From NCBI GenBank assembly GCA_965240325.2, contig OZ251223.1, positions 1,302,001 to 1,366,000 on the forward strand: a stretch of DNA of 64,000 nt. Reading direction: 5' to 3'. A program made the position numbers and the translations under genes. A model generated the notes under the pieces. The model ran no database searches. It had not been told where the DNA came from and worked only from the letters and a program-made list of their open reading frames with translations. The DNA is from Rebecca billardiae RCC1528 (lineage: Eukaryota; Protista; Haptophyta). This document shows positions 1 through 13,500 of this stretch, in pieces; the first letter of the stretch is position 1, and every line of letters begins with the position of its first letter.

Positions 1-1560
1 CGAGCCAGCCCGCCGCGACGCACTCGAACTGCGTGCTCAGCGCCTCGCCCGCCGCCGGCCGCACCGCGAGCCCGCCCCCGTACGGCGGTAGGTTCACACG
101 CACGCGCACGGCCGCGCGCGCCTCGCGCGAGGCAGAGCCTCGCACCGTGAGCTCGAAGACGTACGTCTCGCCGCCAGAGAGCGCGCCCGGGCGGAAGGCG
201 AGCGTGGGCAGGGCCGCGCCCGTCGTCGTCACACCGCCCGCGTCTTCCAGCTCGAGCCCGGCCGCACGCCGCACGCCGCCCGCGCCGAGCGTGTACGCAC
301 GCCATTCGAACGAAAACGCTTCATCGCCGCGCGCGGCGCGCGCGCGCGAGGCGGTGTCCAGTCTCGCCTGTAGGACGACTCGTCCCGAGCTGGGCGCGAG
401 CGCGTCCCAGTCCGGGTTGGAGACGGCGCCGCCGAGGGGCGCGAGCGAGAGCCTGGGCAGCGGCAGCCCGCCCGTCCCGTTCACCACCTCCACCGCCACC
501 GAGGTGCGCGCGTTCGGCAGGTCCGGCGCGCTCAGCGTGGCACCGACCATGTACCAGCCTGCGCCGAGCGCGCCGGCCGGGAGGCGGAGCACGGCCGACG
601 CGGCGAGCGAGCCGTTGGGCAGCGCGAGCGGCGGCCCCACCGCCGCGGGCGCGCCGCCGCCGCCCGCGGGCGCGCTCGCGACCCGCACGTCCCACGCCCA
701 GCGCAGGTGCGAGCCTGCCGGCACCGACGCGGCGGGCGGCATGTTCGGGTCGTGCGAGGCCGAGGCATCGAGCTCGAGCGGCGCGGACGCGTCGACGCGG
801 CGGTCGCCGCCGGCGAGGAGGAGGACGAGCGGCAGCGTGCGCACGACGAGCACGCACCGCGCCTCCGCCGCCGCCGCGCCCGCCGCCGCCTCCGCCATCG
901 CCGCGGCCACGCCCAGCTCGTACCGGCGGCCGGCGCGCAGCGCGTGCGCAGGCAGCGACAGCGCCGCGCCGCGCGCGCTCGGCGCCGGCAGCTCGGGCCA
1001 CGGCTCCGCGGCGGTGTCGTTGAGCGGCGCGCCCGCCGCGTCGAAGACGCCGCGCAGGGTCCACGCGAACGCCACGCGCGCGCCCCCCGCCCAGCACGGC
1101 GCGAGGCTCGCGCGCGCCAGCAGCGTCGTGCGCGCGTCCGGCCTCACCGCGCGCTCGGCCGGGCCGTCGATGTCGACGGTCGGCGGCGCGCCCGGCGCGC
1201 GCGCGACGGTGACAAAGGCGGGTGCGGACCAAGCGGACGCGCCGAGCGGCGCGGCGGCGGGGTCGGCGCCCGGCTCGGCCAGCGCGTCGAAGCTCGCGCG
1301 CACGCGCATCGCAAACGTGTACCCGGCCGAGCCCGCGGGCGACGCGGCGGGCAGCCCTCGCACCGTGGGCGCGGCGGTTGTCAGCGGCAGCGATCGCAGC
1401 GCGGCGTCGATCTGCGCAGCGCCCTCTGCGTCCGAGAGTGCGCGCGCGAGACGCCACTCGTACTGCAGGCCGAACGCGCCGCCGCCGCCACTCGAGCCGC
1501 TGCCGTCGAGCGCGACGCTCTCACCCGGGCACGACGACACCGTGCGCGGCGCGCGCAGCT
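1..1560 (-). other. PKD/REJ-like (polycystin-1 type) region of the giant protein, truncated by the window edge
   Basis: Manual translation: VALDGSGSSG..LQYEW, LELDASASHDPN..LRWAW, LAFRPGALSGGETYVFELTV, VNLPPYGG.L.V.P..G.AL.T.F..W, typical of REJ domains. Confidence 0.72.
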
Positions 1561-4500
1561 CAGGCACGAGCTCCGGGCACGCGCCGAGCGCGCCGCACGG
1601 CGCGTCTGCGTCGATGGCCACTGTGGAGCTGTTGAGACGGAGCGTGGCGCAGAGGGCGGGGGCGGAGGCGCACTCCGCGGGGCGCACCGCGCCCGCGCGC
1701 ACGCCGACCACGTCGCCAGGCCGCACCGCCGCGCCCGCGCCCAGCCGCACCGCGAGCGTCGACGCGTCCGGCCAGTAGCACGCGGCCGAGGCGGCGGCGC
1801 CCGCGCGCGCGGGGTCGGCGTCGGCGTCGGCAGCGACGAGCGCGAGAGTGCGCGCGTCAAGCACCGCGGCGCAGTCGCCCACGCCGCCGCCCATGCCGGC
1901 GCGGTCGGTCTCGCGCCCCGCGTCGAAGCGGAGCAGCAGCAGCTCCACGCCCGCCGCGCGCAGCCCGCCGCCGTCCCCCGAGCTGCCCGCGACGAAACTC
2001 GCCCCCTCGAGCACCGGCGCGTGAGGGCCGTCCGTGAGCTCAAAGTACACGGCCCCCGGCCCGCCGCGCCGCGCGGGCGCGAACTGCTGGCCGTTGAGCG
2101 AGACAAGGAGCTGCGCCGGGCCGGGAGGGCCGTGCGGCGCGCGCACCACCGCCCAGTCCCCGCCCGGGCTCAGCTCGAGCGGCGCGGCCGCCGCGTGCTC
2201 CCGGCCGAACGCGAAGGCGAGCAAATGGCCCAGCCCGGCCGAGGCCAGCTCGGCAAAGCCCGAGCCGTACACCGTCACGCTCGTGTGCAGCGCCGGGCCG
2301 GCCGCGGGGACCACGGCCGTCACGTTGGGCGGCGCGTACGCGCGGAAGGGCGCCGCCGACGCGCTGCGCCCGAGCAGGCCCGCGCCGGCGGCGGACGTGC
2401 CGTTGCCGCCCGCCGTGCCGTTCGTGCCGTTGGCCGCGCCCGCGCCGCCGTCGCCGGCCGCGGCGGCGGCGGCCATGCTGGCCTCGGACCAGATCGCAAT
2501 CTCGACGCTCAGCGCGCCGGGCGCGCCGAGCGCGGGCAGGGTGCACGCGGCGCGGCTCGTGCCGTTGCGCGGCGGCAGCACCGTCGCGCCCGCCGCGCAC
2601 CCCGCGCCCAGCGCCGGCAGCACGCAGCACAGCGACAGCCCACGCCCGGCCAGCAGCCCGCGGTCCCAGCCTTGCCCCTCAAGGGTGACGACGGTGCCGC
2701 CGCCCACCGGGCCGGCGGCGGGGCCGAGCGCGCGCACGGCGAGCGCGGACGGGTCGAAGACGCGAAGCACGGGCGCGCCGAACAGCGTCGGCGCCGCGCG
2801 CGCCTCGCCGCCGCCCGCGCCGCCCAGCCACAGCGCCAGCGCGTACGAGCCCTCGCCCAACCCGCCGGCCAGCTCGCAGCTCGCCGACCCGTCCGAGAGC
2901 ACCGCCGCGGCCGAGGTGGCGGCGGGCGCGAGGCCGGCGAGGATCTCGTCGTCGGACGGCGCGGCGCCGCCGGGCGCGGCGGCGTACAGTGCGCAGTACG
3001 AGCGGCCCGCGCCCACCGCACGGCCGAAGCCCACGCCGCTCAGTGTGAGCACGCGCGCAGACGCGCCGCCGCCACCGTCCGCACTGCCGCCCGCCGCCGC
3101 GCCGCCCAGGGGCACGGCGCCGGGCTCGGCCGAGAGCAGCAGCGAGCTGAAGGAGGCCCAGGGCGGGAACGACGGCGGCGGCGCGAGCGGGGGCGGCGCG
3201 GGCGGAGGCGGCGGCGAGGGCGGCGGCGAGGGCGGCAGCGAGGGCGGCGGGCTGGGTGGCGGGCTCGGCGGTGACGCCGGCGGAAAGCTCGGCGGTGGTG
3301 ACGGTGGTGGCGACGGTGGAGGGCTCGGGGGCGGAAACGGCGGTGGGCTGGGCGGCGGGCTCGGCGGAGGGCTTGGCGGAGGGCTCGGTGGCGGCGGAGA
3401 CGGCGGCGGCGACGGTGGTGGTGATGGTGGCGGCGAAGGCGGCGGCGCGGGCGGCGGGCTCGCCGGCGGGCTCGGCGGTGGGCTCGGCGGCGGCGATGGC
3501 GGCGGGCTTGGCGGTGGCTGCAACGGAGGCGGGCTCGGCGGCGGGCTTGGTGGCGGCGCCGGTGGCGGGCTCGGCGGCGGCGATGGCGGCGGCGGGGATG
3601 GCGGCGGGCTTGGCGGCGGCGATGGCGGCGGCAAAGGTGGCGGGCTCGGAGGCGGACTTGGCGGCGGCAGTGGCGGCAAACGCGGCGGGGGCGAGGGCGG
3701 CGGCGAGGGCGGCGGATTCGGCGGCGGGCTCGGCGGTAGCAATGGCGGCGGGCTCGGCGGAGGCGAGGGCGGCGGCGATGGCGGGGGAACCGGCGGCGGG
3801 CTCGGTGGCGGGCTCGGTGGCGGGCTCGGTGGTGGGCTCGGCGGTGACGGCGGCGTGAATGGCTCCATGCGCGGCGGCGGCGGCGGCATCGGCGGTGGCG
3901 CGGGTGGCGGTGCCGGCGGCGGGGAGGGCGGGGGGCTCGGCGGGGGCGCCGGCGACACAGCGGGCGGCGGGCTTGGCGGCGGCGATGGCGGGGGCACAGG
4001 CGGCGGGTTCGGTGGTGGCGATGGTGGTGGCACCGGCAGTGGGCTCGGCGGTGGGCTCGGCGGGGGTGACGGCGGTGGGCTGGGCGGCGGGATCGGCGGC
4101 GGGATCGGCGGTGGACTTGGCGGCGGCAACGGCGGCGAAGGCGGCGGAGGCGAAGGCGGCGTCGACGGTGGCGGGCTGGGCGGCGGGCTGGGCGGCGGGC
4201 TGGGCGGCGGGCTCGGCGGAGGCGACGGTGGCGGCGATGGCGGGGGAACCGGCGGCGGGCTCGGTGGCGGGCTCGGTGGCGGGCTCGGTGGTGGGCTCGG
4301 CGGTGACGGCGGCGTGAATGGCTCCATGCGCGGCGGCGGCGGCGGCATCGGCGGTGGCGCGGGTGGCGGTGCCGGCGGCGGGGAGGGCGGGGGGCTCGGC
4401 GGGGGCGCCGGCGACACAGTGGGCGGCGGGCTTGGCGGCGATGATGGCGGCGGGCTTGGCGGCGGCATTGGGGGTGGGCTCGGCGGCGGCAAAGGGGGCA

Positions 4501-7500
4501 GGCCGGGCGGCGGGCTCGGCGGCGGGCCGGGCGGCGGGGACGGCGGCGGGCTCGGCCGTGGGCTCGGCGGTGGGCTCGGCGGCGGCGACGGTGGTGGGTT
4601 AGGTGCCGCATCTGGCGGCGGGCTGGGTGGTGGGCGTGGCTGTGGCGGGCTGGGCGGTGGACTGCCCGGCGGCGGGCTCGGCGGCGGGCTCGGCGGTGGG
4701 CTCGGCGGCGGACTGGGCGGCGGAGATGGGTGCGGGCTCGGCGGTGGCGATGGCGGCGGGCGAGGCGGCGGCGTGGGCGGCGATGATGGCGGCGGGCTTG
4801 GCGGCAGCATTGGGGGTGGGCTCGGCGGCGGCAAAGGGGGCGATCCGGGCGGCGGCGACGGCGGCGGGCTCGGCGGCGGGCTCGGCGGCGGGCTCGGCGG
4901 CAAAGACGGCGGTGGGGTCGGTGGCGGCGAAGGTGGCGGAAGTGGCGGTGGACTGGGCGGGTGTGATGGCGGTGGGCTCGGGGGCGGGCTCGGCGGCGCC
5001 GGCGGTGGGAGTGGCTGCGTGCGCGGCGGCGGCGGGGGCGCATGCGGGCTCGGCGGCGGGCTTGGCGGCGGCGAGGGCGGCGGCGCGGGCGGCGGAGACG
5101 GTGGCGAGCTAGGTGGCGCGCCAGGAGGGAAGCTGGGTGGTGGCCTGGGCGGAGGTGGTGGCGGCGAAGTCGGAGTTGGGCTGGGCGGCGGCGACGGCGG
5201 TGGTAGAGGCGGAGGCGACGGCGGGGCCGACGGTGGCGGCGAAGGTGGTGGCGAGGGCGGAGGTGGGCTTGGGGGCGGGCGAGGTGGTGGCAATGGCGGA
5301 GAGCTGGGCGGCGGGGAAGGCGGTGGGCTTGGCGGCGGCGAGGGCGGTGGCGAAGGTGGCGGCGACGGCGCTGGGCTCGGCGGCGGGCTCGGCGGAGGGC
5401 TCGGCGGCGGGCTGGGCGGCGGCGGGCTGGGCGGTGGCGATGGTGGCGGCGAGGGCGGCGGTCCCGGCGGCGGCGAGGGCGGTGGGCTCGGCGGCGCGGC
5501 CGGCGGTGGGCTCGGCGGCGAGCTCGGCGGCGGAGGCGACGGCGGTGGACTGGGTGGCGGCGCGGGCGGCGGGCTCGGCGGCGGCGACGGCGGCAAGCCG
5601 GGCGGCGGCGACGGTGGCGGCGACGGCGGTGGCGTGGGTGGCAGCGAGGGCGGCGGGCTGGGTGGCGGCGATGGCGGCGGCAACGGTGGCGGTGGACTGG
5701 GCGGCGGGCTGGGTGGAGGCGACGGCGGTGGTGATGGGGGCGGCAAGGGTTGCGGCGGGCTCGGCGGGGGCGAGGGCGGAGGCAAAGGCAGCGGGCTCGG
5801 CGGTGGGTTTGGCGGCAGTGACGGCGGCGGGCTCGGCGGAGGTGACGGCGGTGGGATTGGCGGCGGGCTGGGCGGCGGCCTGGGCGGTGGCAAAGGTGGC
5901 GGCCTGGGCGGTGGCGGGCTCGGCGGCGGGCTGGGCGGCGGTGCCGGCGGTGGGCTTGGGGGCGGCGAGGGCGGCGGCATGGGCGGCGGGCTCGGTGGCG
6001 GCCCCGGCGGTGGGCTGGGCGGCGGCGACGGTGGCGGCGCGGGCGGTGGGCTGGGCGGCGGACTTGGCGGTGGTGGGCTTGGCGGCGGGCTCGGGGGTAG
6101 CGAGGGCGGTGGTGAGGGTGGTGGCGATGGCGGCGGGCTCGGTGGGGGGCTCGGAGGCAGCGATGGCGGCGGCGATGGCGGCGGGCTGGGCGGTAGAACG
6201 GGCGGTGGAGACGGAGGTGGAGACGGCGGCGGCGTTGGCGGCGGCGTTGGCGGTGGCGAGGGCGGCGGGCTTGGCGGGGGCGGACTCGGCGGCGGGGTTG
6301 GTGGTGGGCTCGGCGGTGGCGCGGGCGGCGGGCCGGGCGGCGGGCTGGGCGGCGGGCCGGGCGGCGGCGAGGGCGGCGTCGTCGGTGGCGGGCTTGGTGG
6401 CGGGCTCGGCGGCGGCGAGGGCGGTGGGCTCGGCGGTGGCGAGGGCGGCGGCGATGGCGGCGGGCTGGGCGGTGGCAAGGGGGGCGGGCTGGGCGGCGGT
6501 GAGGGTGGCGGGATAGGCGGCGGCGACGGCGGCGGCGATGGTGGTGGCGACGGCGGTTGTGAGGGCGGCGGGCTCGGCGGCGGGCTCGGCGGCGGGTTCG
6601 GCGGCGGGCTCGGCGGCGGCGACGGGGGTGGCGCCGGCGGCGGGCTCGGCGGTGGGCTCGGCGGCGGCGAGGGCGGAGGGCTTGGCGGCGGACTCGGTGG
6701 CGGCGGCGAGGGTGGCGGTGAGGGCGGCGGGCTCGGCGGCGGCAAGGGCGGTGGCGCAGGCGGCGGGCTGGGTGGCGGGCTGGGTGGAGGCGATGGCGGG
6801 GTCGACGGTGGCGGGCTGGGCGGCGGGGATGGCGGCGGGGACGGAGGCGGCGGCGAGGGTGGCGGCGAGGGCGGCGGCGCAGGCGGCGGGCTCGGCGGCG
6901 GGCTCGGCGGTGGCGGCAAGGGCGGAGGCGACGGCGGCGGGCTTGGCGGCGGGCGTGGCGGTGGCGACGGCGGCGGCGGCGACGGCGGGGGCGACGGCGG
7001 CGGAGACGGCGGCGGGCTTGGCGGCGGACTGGGCGGCGGCGGGGAGGGTGGCGGCGACGGAGGCGGGCTGGGCGGTGGCGACGGCGGCGGGCTCGGCGGC
7101 GTGCTCGGCGGTGGGCTCGGCGGCGGCAAGGGCGGTGGCGGTGACGGCGGAGGGGACGGCGGCGGGCTCGGCGGCGGGCTTGGCGGCGATGTCGGCGGCG
7201 GCGACGGCGGTGGGCTCGGCGGTGGGCTCGGCGGCGGAGAGGGCGGCGGGCTGGGCGGAGGTGATGGCGGCGGTGCTGGAGGTCGGCTTGGCGGCGGACT
7301 TGGCGGTGGAGATGGCGGCGGCGATGGCGGCGGCGACGGTGGCGGGCTGGGCGGTGGGCTGGGCGGCGGTGGCGATGGCGGCGGGCTCGGCGGCGGGCTC
7401 GGCGGCGGGCTCGGCGGCGGGCTCGGCGGCGGAGACGGCGGCGGGCTCGGCGGCGGGCTCGGTGGCGGCGGAGATGGCGGCGGCGACGGTGGTGGTGATG

Positions 7501-10500
7501 GTGGCGGCGATGGCGGCGGCGCGGGCGGCGGGCTCGGCGGCGGGCTCGGCGGCGGGCTCGGCGGCGGTGACGGTGGCGGTGACGGCGGCGGCGAGGGTGG
7601 AGGGCTCGGGGGCGGGCTCGGCGGCGGCGATGGCGGAGGGCTGGGCGGTGGGCTGGGGGGCGGAGGCGACGGCGGCGGGCTGGGTGGCGGGCTGGGCGGC
7701 GGGCTGGGCGGTGGCGATGGCGGCGGGTCGGGCGGCGGGCTGGGCGGCGGCGAAGGTGGCGGCGACGGTGGTGGCGACGGTGGCGGGCTCGGCGGCGGGC
7801 TCGGCGGTGGGCTCGGCGGCGGGCTCGGTGGTGGGCTCGGTGGTGGGCTGGGCGGGGGCGGCGACGGCGGCGGGCTGGGCGGCGGGCTCGGTGGCGGCGA
7901 GGGCGGCGGCGCCGGCGGCGGGCTGGGCGGCGGTGAGGGCGGAGGCAAAGGCGGTGGCGACGGCGGCGGGGACGGCGGTGGCGACGGTGGAGGCGACGGA
8001 GGCGGCGATGGCGGGGGACTGGGCGGTGGGCTGGGCGGTGGGCTGGGCGGCGGTGGAGACGGCGGCGGGCTGGGCGGTGGGCTCGGCGGCGGGCTTGGCG
8101 GAGGCAGCGGCGGTGGACTTGGCGGTGGGCTGGGCGGCGGCGACGGTGGCGGCGACGGTGGTGGCGACGGCGGCGGGCTCGGCGGTGGCGACGGCGGCGG
8201 GCTCGGCGGTGGGCTCGGCGGCGGGCTCGGCGGTGGGCTGGGCGGGGGTGGCGACGGCGGCGGAGACGGCGGTGGGCTTGGTGGCGGCGATGGCGGCGGC
8301 GCGGGCGGCGGGCTCGGCGGCGGCGAGGGCGGCGGCGAAGGCGGTGGCAACGGTGGCGGTGACGGCGGCGGTGACGGCGGCGGGCTCGGGGGCGGGCTCG
8401 GCGGCGGCGATGGCGGAGGGCTGGGCGGTGGGCTGGGTGGCGGTGGCGACGGTGGCGGGCTGGGAGGCGGACTTGGTGGCGGGCTGGGCGGTGGCGATGG
8501 CGGTGGGCTGGGCGGCGGGCTCGGCGGCGGCGACGGTGGCGGCGACGGTGGCGGCGACGGTGGTGGCGACGGTGGCGGGCTCGGCGGCGGGCTCGGCGGC
8601 GGGCTTGGAGGTGGTCTTGGTGGAGGGCTTGGCGGCGGCGGAGACGGTGGCGGCGACGGTGGTGGTGACGGTGGCGGCGATGGCGGCGGCGCAGGCGGTG
8701 GGCTCGGCGGCGGGCTCGGCGGCGGGCTCGGCGGCGGAGACGGCGGCGGAGACGGCGGCGGCGACGGTGGTGGGCTTGGTGGCGGACTCGGTGGCGGCGA
8801 TGGCGGAGGGCTGGGAGGTGGGCTGGGGGGCGGAGGCGACGGCGGCGGCGACGGCGGCGGACTCGGTGGCGGGCTGGGTGGTGGCAATGGCGGCGGGCTC
8901 GGCGGCTGGCTTGGCGGCGGCGACGGTGGCGGCGACGGTGGTGGCGATGGCGGCGGGCTCGGAGGCGGGCTCGGCGGTGGGATCGGCGGCGGGCTCGGAG
9001 GTGGGCTTGGTGGAGGGCTTGGCGGCGGCGGAGATGGCGGCGGCGACGGTGGTGGTGACGGTGGCGGCGATGGCGGCGGCGCCGGCGGTGGGCTCGGCGG
9101 CGGGCTCGGCGGCGGGCTCGGCGGCGGAGATGGCGGCGGCGACGGTGGCGGCGACGGTGGTGGGCTCGGTGGCGGGCTCGGTGGCGGCGAGGGTGGAGGG
9201 CTGGGCGGTGGGCTGGGTGGCGGGGGCGACGGCGGCGGGCTGGGCGGCGGGCTGGGCGGCGGGCTGGGCGGCGGCGACGGTGGCGGGCTGGGCGGTGGAC
9301 TGGGCGGTGGCGACGGTGGCGGCGACGGCGGCGGGCTGGGCGGCGGGCTGGGCGGCGGCGAAGGTGGCGGCAACGGCGGCGGGCTCGGCGGCGGGCTCGG
9401 CGGCGGGCTCGGCGGCGGGCTCGGCGGCGGGCTCGGAGGTGGGCTCGGTGGGGGGCTGGGCGGGGGCGGCGACGGCGGTGGAGACGGCGGCGGGCTCGGT
9501 GGTGGCGAGGGCGGTGGCGCCGGGGGAGGCTTGGGTGGCGGCGAGGGCGGAGGCAAAGGCGGTGGCGACGGTGGCGGGGACGGCGGTGGCGACGGTGGTG
9601 GCGACGGAGGCGGCGATGGCGGTGGACTGGGCGGTGGGCTGGGCGGTGGGCTCGGTGGCGGCGGTGACGGGGGCGGGCTGGGCGGTGGGCTCGGCGGCGG
9701 GCTTGGTGGAGGCAACGGCGGCGGGCTTGGCGGCGGGCTCGGCGGCGGGCTCGGCGGCGGCGACGGTGGAGGCGATGGCGGCGGGCTCGGCGGCGGAGAT
9801 GGCGGTGGGCTCGGCGGAGGGCTCGGCGGAGGGCTCGGCGGAGGGCTCGGCGGTGGCGGAGATGGCGGCGGAGACGGTGGTGGTGACGGTGGCGGCGATG
9901 GCGGCGGCGCGGGCGGCGGGCTCGGCGGCGGACTCGGCGGCGGGCTCGGCGGCGGGCTCGGCGGCGGTGACGGCGGCGGTGACGGCGGCGGGCTCGGGGG
10001 CGGGCTCGGCGGCGGCGATGGCGGAGGGCTGGGCGGTGGGCTGGGAGGCGGAGGCGAGGGGGGCGGGCTCGGCGGCGGGCTAGGCGGCGGGCTGGGCGGT
10101 GGCGATGGAGGCGGGCTGGGCGGCGGGCTCGGCGGCGGCGAAGGTGGCGGCGACGGTGGTGGCGACGGCGGCGGGCTCGGCGGTGGGCTCGGCGGTGGGC
10201 TCGGCGGTGGGCTCGGCGGCGGGCTCGGCGGTGGGCTGGGCGGGGGTGGCGACGGCGGCGGAGACGGCGGCGGGCTTGGTGGCGGCGAGGGCGGCGGCGC
10301 TGGCGGCGGGCTGGGCGGCGGCGAGGGCGGAGGCGAAGGCGGTGGCGACGGCGGCGGGGACGGCGGTGGCGACGGTGGCGGCGACGGCGGAGGTGATGGC
10401 GGTGGACTGGGTGGTGGGCTGGGCGGTGGGCTCGGTGGCGGCGGTGACGGGGGCGGGCTGGGCGGTGGGCTCGGCGGCGGACTGGGCGGCGGCGACGGCG

Positions 10501-13500
10501 GCGGGCTCGGCGGCGGAGATGGAGGTGGGCTGGGCGGCGGGCTCGGCGGCGGGCTCGGCGGCGGGCTCGGCGGAGGGCTCGGTGGCGGCGGGGATGGTGG
10601 CGGCGACGGTGGTGGTGACGGTGGTGGCGATGGCGGCGGCGCGGGCGGCGGGCTCGGCGGCGGGCTGGGTGGCGGGCTCGGCGGGGGAGATGGCGGCGGT
10701 GACGGTGGTGGCGAGGGCGGTGGGCTCGGTGGCGGACTTGGTGGAGGCGATGGCGGAGGGCTGGGCGGTGGGCTGGGGGGCGGAGGCGACGGCGGCGGGC
10801 TGGGCGGCGGGCTGGGCGGCGGGCTGGGCGGTGGCGATGGCGGCGGGCTGGGCGGCGGGCTCGGCGGCGGTGACGGTGGTGGCGACGGTGGCGGCGATGG
10901 CGGCGGGCTCGGCGGCGGGCTCGGCGGCGGGCTCGGCGGTGGGCTGGGCGGCGGGCTCGGTGGCGGGCTGGGGGGCGGCGGCGACGGGGGCGGCGAAGGC
11001 GGCGGCGACGGTGGCGGTGAGGGCGGTGGCCCCGGCGGTGGGCTGGGAGGCGGCGAGGGCGGCGGCGAGGGCGGCGGCGATGGCGGTGGACTGGGCGGTG
11101 GGCTGGGCGGCGGGCTGGGCGGCGGCGGTGAAGGAGGCGGGCTGGGTGGTGGGCTCGGCGGCGGGCTCGGCGGAGGCAACGGCGGCGGGCTGGGCGGCGG
11201 GCTAGGCGGTGGGCTCGGCGGCGGCGACGGAGGGGGCGATGGCGGCGGGCTCGGAGGCGGTGACGGCGGTGGGCTGGGCGGCGGGCTGGGCGGCGGGCTC
11301 GGTGGCGGGCTCGGCGGCGGCGGTGACGGCGGCGGCGACGGTGGCGGTGATGGCGGCGGCGACGGCGGCGGCGAAGGCGGCGGGCTCGGCGGCGGGCTTG
11401 GCGGTGGGCTCGGCGGCGGAGACGGTGGCGGCGACGGCGGCGGCGAAGGTGGCGGGCTCGGGGGCGGGCTCGGCGGCGGCGATGGCGGAGGGCTGGGCGG
11501 TGGGCTGGGGGGCGGAGGCGAGGGGGGCGGGCTCGGCGGCGGGCTCGGCGGCGGGCTCGGCGGAGGCGATGGCGGGGGGGTGGGCGGCGGGCTCGGCGGC
11601 GGCGACGGTGGCGGCGACGGTGGTGGCGAAGGTGGCGGGCTCGGCGGCGGGCTCGGCGGCGGCGGAGACGGCGGTGGAGACGGCGGCGGGCTCGGTGGTG
11701 GCGAGGGCGGCGGCGCCGGGGGAGGGCTGGGTGGCGGCGATGGCGGTGGCGACGGCGGCGGCGATGGCGGAGGGGACGGCGGTGGCGACGGTGGAGGCGA
11801 TGGCGGCGGCGACGGCGGTGGACTGGGCGGTGGGCTCGGTGGTGGGCTGGGCGGCGGCGGCGACGGAGGCGGGCTGGGCGGTGGGCTCGGCGGCGGGCTC
11901 GGCGGCGGCGACGGTGGCGGGCTGGGTGGCGGGCTCGGCGGGGGGCTCGGAGGAGGGGACGGTGGCGGCGACGGCGGCGGGCTCGGCGGCGGGCTGGGCG
12001 GTGGACTCGGCGGCGGGCTCGGCGGCGGGCTCGGTGGTGGGCTCGGCGGCGGCGGTGACGGTGGCGGTGACGGTGGTGGTGACGGTGGCGGCGATGGCGG
12101 CGGCGAGGGCGGCGGGCTGGGCGGTGGACTTGGCGGTGGGCTCGGCGGCGGAGATGGCGGCGGAGACGGCGGCGGTGACGGTGGCGGGCTGGGCGGTGGA
12201 CTCGGTGGGGGCGATGGCGGAGGGCTGGGCGGTGGGCTGGGCGGTGGCGGCGACGGCGGTGGGCTTGGAGGCGGACTCGGTGGCGGGCTGGGCGGCGGCG
12301 CTGGCGGCGGGCTGGGCGGCGGGATTGGCGGCGGCGACGGTGGCGGCGACGGTGGCGGGCTCGGTGGTGGGCTCGGCGGCGGCAATGGAGGTGGGGACGG
12401 CGGTGGGCTCGGCGGCGGAGACGGCGGCGGGCTGGGAGGCGGGCTTGGCGGCGGGCTCGGCGGTGGGCTTGGCGGCGGGCTGGGCGGGGGCGGTGACGGC
12501 GGCGGCGATGGCGGCGGGCTCGGTGGCGGCGAGGGCGGCGGCGCCGGTGGCGGGCTGGGCGGCGGGCTCGGCGGTGGCGACGGCGGTGGCGATGGCGGAG
12601 GAGACGGCGGTGGCGACGGTGGGGGCGACGGCGGAGGCGATGGCGGTGGGTTGGGCGGTGGGCTGGGCGGTGGGCTGGGGGGCGGAGGCGACGGCGGCGG
12701 GCTTGGCGGCGGGCTCGGCGGCGGCGACGGTGGCGGCGACGGTGGTGGCGATGGGGGCGGGCTCGGCGGCGGGCTGGGCGGCTGGCTCGGAGGCGGGCTC
12801 GGGGGTGGCGAGGGCGGCGGTGCCGGGGGTGGGCTCGGCGGCGGGCTGGGCGGCGGTGATGGTGGCGGGGACGGCGGCGGCGATGGCGGCGGGGACGGGG
12901 GCGGGCTCGGTGGTGGGCTCGGCGGAGGGCTCGGCGGCGGCAACGGTGGGGGCGACGGCGGCGGCGACGGCGGTGGACTGGGCGGTGGGCTGGGCGGCGG
13001 GCTCGGCGGCGGAGGCGACGGCGGCGGGCTGGGCGGCGGGCTGGGCGGCGGGCTCGGCGGCGGCGAAGGTGGTGGTGAGGGCGGTGGACTTGGCGGCGGA
13101 GACGGCGGTGGACTCGGCGGCGGGCTCGGCGGCGGGCTCGGTGGTGGGCTCGGTGGCGGCGGAGATGGCGGCGGAGACGGTGGTGGTGATGGTGGCGGCG
13201 ATGGCGGCGGCGCGGGTGGAGGGCTGGGCGGCGGACTGGGTGGCGGGCTCGGCGGCGGAGATGGCGGCGGAGACGGCGGCGGTGACGGTGGCGGGCTGGG
13301 CGGCGGGCTGGGCGGAGGCGATGGCGGAGGGCTGGGCGGTGGGCTGGGCGGTGGCGGCGACGGCGGTGGGCTTGGAGGCGGACTCGGTGGCGGGCTGGGC
13401 GGTGGCGATGGTGGCGGGCTGGGCGGTGGGCTCGGCGGCGGCGACGGTGGCGGCGACGGTGGCGGGCTCGGTGGTGGGCTCGGCGGCGGCAATGGAGGTG

